Below are positions 53,957 through 64,000 of a DNA stretch of 64,000 bases, piece by piece. Position numbers and translations under genes: made by a program. This stretch comes from Guillardia theta CCMP2712 (Eukaryota; Protista; Cryptophyta). Below the pieces are notes generated by a model that did not search any database, was not told the DNA's origin, and was given only the letters and a program-made list of their open reading frames with translations. Numbering within the stretch: the first letter of the stretch is position 1; each line of letters begins with the position of its first letter. Location: contig NW_005434540.1 in assembly GCF_000315625.1 (NCBI RefSeq), forward strand, positions 62,001-126,000, written 5' to 3'.

Positions 53957-55828
53957 CATCTGAAGGGGGTGAATCACAACGATTCTGCATCGCATTTATC
54001 CCTCAAGGCGAGACAAGAGGAGCAAGTCAACGGAAGTGCAGGAAAGACTTTCAAGCAAAGTTTCTTAGAGACAGGGAGCAAGTTGACTGCGGGGACGTAC
54101 CGAGTCACGGAGAGGGAAGAGGCAAAGGATCCAGAAGCAGCAGGGAAGTCGAGCGTAGGCAAGAGAGAGCACGGAGGTTCTGCGAGAGCCGCCAAGCAAG
54201 TTCTCCAGGTGTTTCAAAGTTTCTTGCCTAAGAGTGAGGATGAGGAGGATGAGGAGGAGAAGAAAGGCGAGAAGGATCTTTGGCGTGGTCGTTCCTATCC
54301 GCAGCAGCAGTACCAGCAGTGGAAGAAGGAGGAGGCAGAGGAGGTCAAGGAGGAGGAGGTCAACGGGAAGGTCAAGGAGGAGGAGGTCAACGGGAAGGAC
54401 AAGGAGGAGCAGGAAGACTTCATTCCTCCTCCGCTCTCTCATGCTCGCAACTGGAACCTCAGCCCTATAGAGCGTCGGTCTCGCAGCCCCGACATGACCG
54501 CCTACAATCCTTCCTCCCGCCTCACCACCCATCGATTCTCCAGCCCTCCAGGCGTCGACGACGAGGGCAACGACCGTCACAATGGCCGCGCAAGCAGCAG
54601 AGGGCTGGCAGGACGCGGACGATCGACGCTCGCCGCTGCTCTTCGCGGCTGCCTCGTGCGTCGACGGATGAGACTTCCGGCAGCAAAGCAGATCATGGAG
54701 AAGATCCGAGAGGCAAACAGGCTGCACCTGGAGATGCAGGAGGAGATGGAGGCAGGGAGCGCCAACGAGGTCGAAGTTCAGATCCTGAGGCAGCTGGAAG
54801 GGACGAGGATCGCTGCTGTCGACGAGCTCTCCCACTTCCTGCTTCACCCAGACGTCGCTGCGGCCCTCAGCAAGCCTACCAACATGAGGAAGGACAAGTC
54901 CTTTCTCCGCAAGGGGCAAGGGCGAGTTGCTGTCCCCCTGGACAAGTTCAAGGCGTCAGGAGCTGTAGAGCCTTCCAAGGAGGGGCAGGTGAGCGGCAAG
55001 GGCAGAGACAGGAAGCCAGGAAAGTCTCGTGCTGAGGAGGAGGAACAAGAGCCTGCAAGGCAAAGTCTCCCTCCCCAGCAGAGCAACAGAGCTGATGTTG
55101 AGATTTCCAGTAAGCCGCAAACAAGGCATGAAGCGGCAGAAGAGCAAGAGACGCCTCCGCCCCCCCCAAACGTGCGCGAGCTACGTGGGCAAGTCAGTCT
55201 GAAGCACATCGCGCGCAAGGAGGAGGAGGAGGAGGAGGAGACTGAGGCTCCTCCTGCTGCTACGTCGGGGTCTCAATCTAGAAAGAAAGCGAAGCCGTAC
55301 TTGAAGCGAAGGTCACAGACGGTCCTGACGAACAAGAAGGTAGACGTGAGTCACGTCAAGAGCAAGGTAGACGCCAAGTTCAAATCCCGCGCAACACCTC
55401 AGGCTCCTCGTACCTTCCCACGAGACGAGAAGCTCGATCCTCTCGTCGCCGCCTCCTCCCTGCTCCATCGCAGCGACACGAGCGGGGGCAGCAGCCATCG
55501 CTCTTACGGGGATGAAGAGGCGCAACACGTCCAGGAGCAGCCCAGCAGCCACGTCTTCGCAGCTTCAGCTGCCATCGCCGACCTGGAGTTCCTGCTGGAG
55601 CAGCTCCATGACTCGTCCTTGGGCTACCTGGACGTTGACGGGCGGCTCCTCCCCCACCCCCACGTCTTCCCGGAAGAGCCCAGCAGAATCCCTCGGCTTG
55701 TCAAAGACTCTGTGTTCTTCCGTGTGCTGAATGACAGGGAGCGCGCTGCTGAATGCCAGCTGGCAAAGTCGGCGTTGAGCTTGACAGGTCCAGACGCCCT
55801 CGCGTTTGATCGGATCGTGACAGACTGA
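53690..55828 (+). CDS. 712-aa low-complexity protein with a degenerate IQ-like motif
   Basis: Intronless ORF with an (SN)n tract from (AACAGC)n. LAAALRGCLVRRRM is followed by a helical bundle. Confidence 0.75.
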
Positions 55829-56218
55829 AATGAGTTTGACAAGTCTGATAAGTAGTAGAAGAATGAAAGGTATGTTACGAGTTTACTTGGATTGCTGTAC
55901 ATGGGACCAAGGAAAGATGAATGGAAAGGGGGACGGAGGGAGCAACATCCAGAGGACGGGAAAGGCGAGCATGGAGAGCAAGGGGTTTGGGCAAGAAAAC
56001 AGAGTGAAGAATAGCAGTTGAAGACATTCAGGTGGAAGGAGGAACGCATGGGGAGAGTAGCAGAGGAACATTGTGGGATGGGAGGGCTAGAGGAGAGGGA
56101 GAGCGCGATGCAGGAGAGAGAGGGGGGGAGAGAGAGAACATGAGAAGCTGATACAAGTGAGGGAGAGAGCATGGAGCAGGAGCATGGTAGAAGAGCAGCA
56201 GGAAGCGGCTTCCTCCTC

Positions 56219-59200
56219 CTACGTCCGCCTCAGAGCTGCCTGTAGCTCAACCAGCTCGTGCATCCTGTGTGCATGCTTGGCGCAGAGAGCGTCGAGTGCA
56301 TCGCTGCTGAGCATTCAGCTGGGGTAGGGAGGAGCAAGTCCTTAACCTCCTCACTACTTGTCGCACAGGATCGTCTCCTCCGCATTCGAAGCATCCCAGC
56401 AGCGCTCCGTCCTCTCCCTGCCCGCTTGTCAACTAGCACTCGCCTCCTTCCCCTCTCCTGCTCCCCATGCTCCTCCCCTCGATCCTGCTCCGTCTTCCCC
56501 TCGCCATTCCACTGCTCCTCCTGCTCCCCTCTTTCCAATTTTCTGCTCCGCGTCATAATCGCACTTCACCTGGATGCAGGTGGAGCAGAAGCTGTGCCCG
56601 CATGGAATGCAGGTGACAGGCGCCTGCATCAGCCTTTGCGCCTTGGAGTCAGGAAGGGGAGGCAGCAACCAAGAAGAGCAAGAGCAAGGCGAGGAGCAGG
56701 AGGAAACGTGAAGAGCTCCGAGTAGGAGGGGAGGGAGGGGGAGGGGAAGAGCACGAACCTCAAGCAACCCATGCAAGTCAGCGAGCTTTCAAGCGCTTCT
56801 TCTCCGCTCAGCAGTTTGTTGACCGTCGACCTGGAGGACTGAGTGAGAGGGCAGAATGGATAGAGGAGAGGAGGAAGAAGAGGAGAGGAGTAGAGTTGGA
56901 GGGAGGACGACAGAAAGTTACCGGAAATTTCTTTCCTTTGTATCAAAATCAGCCTGACGCTTGGAGATCGCAAGTTCGAGCTTCTTGGTTAGCTGAGAAT
57001 TGTCTCAGCTGACCCCCAGCACAACAAAGGAGTGGCACTTCATGCTCGCTCATGATCTTCAACTTGTCAATCTCGATCTTCTGCTGGACTTCTTTCCTTC
57101 TCAGCTCCTCTGATGTTACATCCAGCTGGGCCTACCGGAGTTGTCAAAGTCTGTCAAGCACGTATGAATGCCTCGACCTGCAGTCTCTGAGCTTCTTCCC
57201 GCAACTTTGCGGCCTCTTCCTGAAGGTCCCTCCGCATCTGAGCCAAGCTGCTGCTCAGCTAATGTGGTCTCGTACTCAAGGTCTTACCTTCGTCTCCTCC
57301 TGAAGTTTCTTCTCCTCCAGCTGCCGTTGGTCCATCATCTGACTTGTCATCTGGGTCTCCCTCTCCTGCTGGCCTTGTGAGATCGAGTTAATGAAGGTCA
57401 GGAGGGAGGAGGGAGGAGGAGGAAGAGAGGAGGTAGGGAGGAGGGAGGAGGTGGCAGTGAGGATGAGGAAGCAAGGTAGAGAGGCATAGGAGGAGCACAA
57501 GGAGGATCAAGAACGACCGCTAGAGATTGAGTGAGTTGACTGAGAGCAGCCTGAAAGTTGAAGAAGAGCGAGCGATGGGCGTCGGTGAGCTGAGACGCGA
57601 AGCTCTTGGTCGCTTCTTCTCTCTTCTCTGCCTCCCCGCAGGCTTTGACAAGCTGAGAAATTTGTCAGTTGATAAAGAATAAGGGGGGATGATAAGAGAA
57701 TGAGGGGGATGATGAGAGAATGAGGGGGATGATGAGAGGGTTCACTTTGGCATGGGCTGATCGCATGGAACTCAGTTGACCATCAACGTCTTTGAGCTTT
57801 TTCATCGTCTCGTCCAGCCTCGATTGCAAATTCTTGCACTGTAATTTTGAAATCGAAGTCGATGAATTCAAACTGCTCTCACCTTCGAGCGCTCATCAGA
57901 GAGATCTCTTAAGGTTTTGTCTTCTTTCGTCTTGTTTGCGTCGCTTTCTTCTTTTCTCTGTAAGGGAGTATGAGATAAACGTCTTCTGCTCTTGCGTTGA
58001 AGTCACGACCAACACATTGAACATTAATACACGTGTCATCATTGATAAGTATCAACTCAACATGAGGCCGAGAGAATGTCACTTTCAGCATAGAACAGCA
58101 AATATCAACATCTTTTTTCGAATCTTCCAACCTTCCGCTCAATCTCCATCAGTTTCATCTGCAGGGAAGAATGCTTGTCCTGCAACATGCTCATGGTCAG
58201 AATGTCAAGGAGAGGGTTGGAGTAGGAGGTTGCGGAGTGAGGAGATTGTAGGATGGAACGAGTGTGGAGTGAGTGTAGAGGGGAGGAAGAGTGAGGGAGG
58301 CCGACAGAAGGATCGAGGGAGATACCTGCATCTCCTTCCAGTGCGACTTGACCTTTCCTAGCTCCGCGTCGGTCGCCTGACACGACCTTCATCAATATCT
58401 GGAAACCTCTGCTGCTGCTGGTGGTGGTGGTGGTGCTGCTGGTGCTTCTGCTTCTGCTTCTGCTGCTGCTGCTGCTGCTCCACCACCACCACCACCACCA
58501 CCTCCTCCTCCTCCTCCTCCTCCTTCTCGTCATCTCCATGATTGCCGTCATACCTGTAGTTTGATTGTGATCTGCTGGATGGTTCTTTCTTTTTCCTTGA
58601 TGTTTGTCTGGCGCCAGCACATTGTCATGATCACCGAACCTTCAACAACCCTCCTCTTCTTTCTTCCACTCTACTTCGTCCTCGCCCCCCCGCCCCACCC
58701 CTTCCCCCTCCCCCTCCCCCTCCTCCTCCTCCTCCTCCCTCTGCTCTACCTGCAACGTCTTGACTGTTTCCTTCGAGTTGAAGCTCACCAACACTCCAAC
58801 CCCTTGCGCGACTTCTCCGCCAGCTGGAAGAGAGTTGGAAAGTTCCCTCCTCTCCCTGACTCCCGAAGAGTGTCACAGAGCAGCTCACAACTCTTCGGAA
58901 AGACCGGGTGGTAGAGGAGCTGGAGCTTGTGCTGGAGACAGTCGTGGAGGAGGTTGTTGTAGTTTCGGACAGGGTTGTCAATTTCTCTTCAAGTTGGGTC
59001 ATCTTGAAACACTTGCTTGTCAAACAGTCAGTTCACGAGAGTGTTTGGTTTTCACCTCTTGTCGCATCTTTTCGTCTTCTCTCTCGAGTTCTTTGATGTG
59101 AGTATCGGATTGCAGGAGCTGCTGCTGTGCAATGTCGAGATCTTTTTCGAGATTTGCGATCCTCTGACAACAAAGTTCATCTTCATTGTCATCATCGACA

Positions 59201-61741
59201 ACATCATCGCAATGATCAAAGATGGTCAAAGACTCCATCTCCATTAACAACTCGATTCCATCAAGATATGCATCATCACACTCGCATATCAAAAGAACAA
59301 ACCTCTTGCAGCTGCTGCTTCTCCTGCATGAAGGTTGACATGAACTGTTGAAGTTCTTTGATCTGATATTTGAAACTTCAGAAGGATCGTTTCGTCTCAG
59401 GAACGAAATTTCTGATGGCGCGAACAACTCACAACTCACTTGTTCTTTGAGCTTCAGCGATGAAGCTCGTTCTTCCGTGACTTCCATTTTCAGTTTCTCT
59501 TGCTCCTGAATGTTTTCATGTTGCACCAGCTCTAGTTTCTGCAGTCTGTCTCAACATAGTTGTGAAAACACTTCGGTATCATACTTCACACTTAATCTTT
59601 AGGCCTGCCAACTCAGAGACAACTGAATCCTTTTCTTGCATTTGTTCTCTAAATTTCTCAGTCATCTGCAAAAATTTCTTTCAGATTTTCCTCCATTTCA
59701 ATTCTCTGTTGTCACCTGACACATCTCCACCTCGATTTCTCGAGATTCCTTCAAATTCTCTTTGCAAATTTCAACCTGCTGATGCAGCAAAAACTCAACT
59801 TGGCGTTTCTGCAGCGGAAGTCATCATCATCTCATGGTCGACATCCCAGAATTTTCATCACCATGCTGAGTGTTTGATTGACAAGGTGCTTGAGATCCTT
59901 GACCTCATTCTCAGCTCTTCTGTTCGACGCATCCTGCTCGATGAAGTTGTGAGATATCCCTGAGATAACTCTCCCGACGGCCTCCAGCTGTTTGATATTC
60001 TCTCTCAGCTCTTCGGCCTTGTTCGCGCATTGCTGCAGTCTGATGTCCTTCTCCCAAACTCTGCCCTGAAGTTCTGCGACATGCGCTGAGTTCTCGTTCT
60101 CGTTCCTTTGAGAAGATTCTTGAAGCTGCTTCAGACTGAGTTCGTTCACCTGTCACATGTCAGACTGGCAGGTGATGTTGTTAGCCTTAGGTGAAGAAGC
60201 AGATGTGAAGTTGGTAGATGAAATGTGAAGTTGGTAGGTGACAAGAATTTGAAGTTGTAGATGAAATCTTGAATTGTTACGTGGAGTTGTGACGAAATCT
60301 CTTCAATTTGATTGTTCGACTCGGAAAGTTGTCCTCTCAGCCACGCTAGCTCGTCCATCGCCTGCCGGTAGCTGCTGCAGTGTAAGGAGTAGAGAAAAAA
60401 TGAGGAGGAGGAGGAGGCGAAGGAGGAGGAGGAGGAGGGAGGAGGAGGAGGAGGAGGAGGAGGAGGAGGAGGAGGAGGAGGAGGAGGAGGAGGAGCGACG
60501 AGAGGAAAGGGACGGGAACGGGGACGGAAAGGACGGANNNNNNNNNNNNNNNNNNNNNNNNNNNNNNNNNNNNNNNNNNNNNNNNNNNNNNNNNNNNNNN
60601 NNNNNNNNNNNNNNNNNNNNNNNNNNNNNNNNNNNNNCATCTAATCTTCGTCATGTGCTGGCGCTGCAGTATAACGAGATGATCCTCAAATTGCATCCTT
60701 GTTCTTCTACGACTGGATATTTCTTGTCGTCTCCCTGAGAGAAGAAGATTGGTGCTGCTGGTCAGGGAGGTGTACTTCGTGCTCGCTCTCATCACGGTGG
60801 GTGTCGATGTTGGCCCCAGCAGGAGAAGCAGCAGATGAGCTGGTACCTGAAGCAGGAGGTGGTCGACGACGAGAAGAAGAAGAAGTAGAAGAAGTCCTGT
60901 AGAGGTAAGGGGAGGTGAGGAGAATGATGTTCTGGTTGATGATTGTAATAAAAAAAAAATCGTCTTCCCCCCCCCAGCTCGTCGACCTTCTCGAAGTAGG
61001 AGGAGGAGGAGGAGGAGGAGGAGGAGGAGGAGGAGGAGGAGGAGGAAGCGCATGAAAAGGCGGAGGGCGAAGAGCAGGAGGAGCGCGGAGGAGAAGAGGA
61101 AATACCGCGTGTAAATATCTTGCATTTCTTCTCTGTCCTGATTTACTCGCTCTTGCAAGCTCATGACATCGCGATCGATCGTGCTTTGGATGTTCGCGCG
61201 ATGCTCCTTCAGCTCCTCGCGCTGTTTCGCAGAGTCAGCGCATGCCGTGCTCACGTCTCGGTACCTGCATGCTGATACGTCGCTCCAGGATCGCAAACCA
61301 GTCCTCCTCCTCCTCCTCCTCCTCGTTCTTGTAGGAGCTGCTCATCTCCACCTCTCGCCGAAGTTTGCTCGCCTGACTCATCTTTGAAGGCTCTGCAAAC
61401 TTCAACGAGGGACCTGTATACGTCGCTGGTCGACTGGTGCTCGAGCTCCTTGCTAATTTTCCGCCGAAACTGGATGGCTCGAGAGGGAGAGGAGCCAACG
61501 AGGGTCTCGGCCTGCCAGGAACGATCGCATCGTATCCTAAACTCGCTGTCCGTGACAGCCCAGCTCGAGTCTGCAGCTTTCGTCCTCCACCTGCTCCACC
61601 CCTGCTAGCCGCCCCAGTCCTCCGTCCTTCCTTTGCACTACCAGCCATAAGGATGAGAGGGGGTCGGCTACTACCTGCTCGCCCTCCTGCTCCTGCCCCT
61701 CCTGCCCCTCCTGCCCCTCCTCTACCTCGCCATTGCTCCAT
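56219..61741 (-). CDS. Long coiled-coil protein with C-terminal RING-HC finger (putative E3 ligase), multi-exon, spans a gap
   Basis: LTCMGCL / PVTCIPCGHSFCSTC / CFEC are spread across exons. Upstream exons are heptad-rich. Stop at 56219; start uncertain (61741 or 61648). Confidence 0.7.
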
Positions 61742-62161
61742 CGGGGACTTTCGATGTACTAACCCGAATTTCCAACATATAATTTCAAATATTGTGGAAA
61801 ATTCGAATTTTCAAAACGTTCCTGCATATTAATGTTGAGTAAAAGTTGAATACTTTAATGGCGAGGCGCATCAATCCTCGTCGACGAAGATGATGAGCAT
61901 GATGGTGATGATGATGATGGAGATGGTGATGGTGATGGAGACGATGATGACGATGATGGAGATGATGATGATGGAGATGATGACAACGATGGATGAAGAG
62001 ACGATGGAATGCGAGATAGAGATAGAAAGGGAGAAAGGGAGAGAGGGAGGGAGGGAGAGCGGGTGGGGTGGAAAAGGACAGCGATCTAGTAGGCACTGAG
62101 AGAATTAGGGATCTTACAACTTGACACCATTGTTGTTTTCACATGCTGATCTATTTGGCAG

Positions 62162-64000
62162 ATGAAGGAGAGGAGTATTGCTTGTCCTCTCTTTCTCTTC
62201 CTCCTCCTGTCAAGTGCTGGTATTGAATGCTCAATCTCGTCTACTTTCGAAGAGATCAGAAGACCTCATGCGGTAGTTCAGCGGCTGTTCGAGCAGGCGT
62301 CGCAAGCCGGCACAGTGCGGGGTGACTTTGGTGTTGTGGAGCATTTCGAGAAGACTTTGGAGGGCAAGTGGGACCAAGTGAGTGAGTGCTGCTGAGAGAA
62401 AGTGCTGAGGTGCTGCTGCAGGTTCCCTTGTTGAACGATGCGAAGAATGTGGAGGAGATAGGAGATGGGGTGCTGGTGCGATTCCGAGGGATGATCCAGA
62501 ACATTATGAACATAGAGTTCTATGTGAAGAGCGTCAAGATAAAGGAAGAGAGGGTGGAGATGTTCTTGGTGAAGTTCTTGCTATGACGAGCATCGCAGAC
62601 GGGAGAGGTCAAGCAAGTTTCTTGCAAGTATAAGGATTCCTTCCCCTCCAACATGCTGGAAATTCCGGATGTTAGCGATTCTCGGACAGCTCGAAAACTT
62701 GGAGAGCGAACTCCTTGCATTTGTTTCCCTATCCCAGGTACCCTTGAACCTCTTGAGGAGGGGGACGGGAAGAGTTGGACGTCAGGGGGGTAAGGAACAG
62801 GAGGAGCAGGAGGATCAGGAGGAAGGAGGGTAGCAGGAGAATGGGAGGGGGAAGGGGAGGAAGGAGGCACTGGGAGGAGAAGGAGAGGAGGAGGATGAGG
62901 GGGGGCGGGTGGAGGGGGCGGGAGCAGATGATGGGATGGCAGGCGAGACAGATTGGGTGAAGAAGGCTTTCAGTGCGTGTGCCCCTCCCCTTCCTCTGCG
63001 ATTCGAAGAAGAGGAAGTTGAAACGAAAGAGAAAACTTCTGGAAAGAGAACTTTTGAACCGGGAGAGGAGACGGGGACAGTGGACGCGGGTGAAGAGACG
63101 AAGGGAGATGGAGCTGAAGAAGTTAAGCGTCAGGAAGAAGCATTAATCCAGCAAGAAGAAAACAATTCCTCCTCCATTGCATCGAATCGAACTCTCAAGC
63201 CCACAAAGATGTTCGTCCTCAGGGCAGGAAACCAAAGCAGCGTGCTGTTTCCTGAAGGTTGACTTCTCCTGATCCTCGCCCCCCTCTTCTCCTCCTTCAT
63301 CTGACTGACTGATGGTACGATCGCAGGTTTCTCTGAGGAGCAAGCACGGGAACTGGTCTCTACCGAGCTGGCCCGGCACCCGGACTGGAAGATAGAAGTG
63401 GCGAGTCCAGAAGATGTTGAGGACGCGCATAAGTTCATCCCGACCGTCCAGACGGAGGCAGAGATCATGAGGAGGTACCAGAAGTTCCCGGACGAGAGAA
63501 AGAAGGGGGAGAAGAGGAAGAAGAAGGATGAATTGCGATGGGCCTTCGGGCACGACCAGTTCGGGTCAAAATCAGCAGAGAATGGGGAGTTCAACCCTGG
63601 TCAGCAGTACTTGATGAAGTTGTACGATATTGACAGGTGCGATTTGGGAGAAGGGGGGGAGGAGTTGACGGCGATTCTGATGATTGCAAGCAGGAAGCAC
63701 ATTGATATCCTGCAAGTAGCGGAGTTCGTTGGGATCCTGTCTTTCGATGCGGTCGGGACAGTTTTCAAAGATGACATCAAGGAGGCGTACAATGAAATAC
63801 CAGATGAAATCTTCTCGCTCAACATGGTTCCAACCAGGTGTTGTCAAACCTCAAACATCACAACTTGTCTTCTTGCTCATTGCAATGGCAACTGACTCTA
63901 ACTCTGCTCGTCTGCTCAGCGTTCTTCCTCGCGTACATGTGCTGTTCATACGGCAGCTTTCCTCGAAGAAGAAGAAGATTTTGTTTCATCCGCTGATAAC
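62162..64000 (+). CDS. MCMBP: Mini-chromosome maintenance complex-binding protein (MCM-BP/ETG1), 3'-incomplete
   Basis: VPLLN, LVRFRGMIQN...EFY, ER....C.PIPGE.DWVK, LMKLYD, VAEFVGILS and LPRVHVL are present. Confidence 0.85.

Noticed and set aside
61890-62099. Met-rich and His-rich ORFs, and poly-E/P/L ORFs at 6089, 38745, 43772, 45497, 53181, 60346
   Set aside because: They are translations of intronic or intergenic (GAT)n/(GAG)n low-complexity tracts.
1-64000. rRNA/tRNA genes
   Set aside because: None is recognisable by eye; tRNAscan-SE/Infernal would be needed to exclude them.

Overview
This is eukaryotic nuclear DNA with about 45-60 nt GT-AG introns, (GAG/CCT)n tracts and three 100-N assembly gaps. 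The gene style and Zn2Cys6 content suggest a cryptophyte such as Guillardia (inference). The flanks carry spliced host genes: a DDX55/Spb4 helicase, a SAM methyltransferase, a ClpB/torsin-like AAA+ membrane protein, coiled-coil proteins, a RING protein and MCM-BP. Several of these have unexpected N-terminal signal peptides. The centre (~7.3-35.7 kb) is a rearranged accessory region. It contains a kinase-RING remnant and a ~3.3-kb near-identical direct duplication carrying a triple Zn2Cys6 gene. Next comes an ~11.4-kb block of about 11 compact, almost intron-free orphan genes, most with their own TATA/TATT box, which looks like an endogenised large nuclear DNA-virus segment; no hallmark viral gene is visible. 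After that lie a 4-intron Crypton-type tyrosine recombinase with an intact frame but substituted catalytic residues, a 268-bp fold-back inversion, and a frameshifted FkbH-ACP-ankyrin fusion gene. Family calls come from motif recognition by eye; no searches were run.
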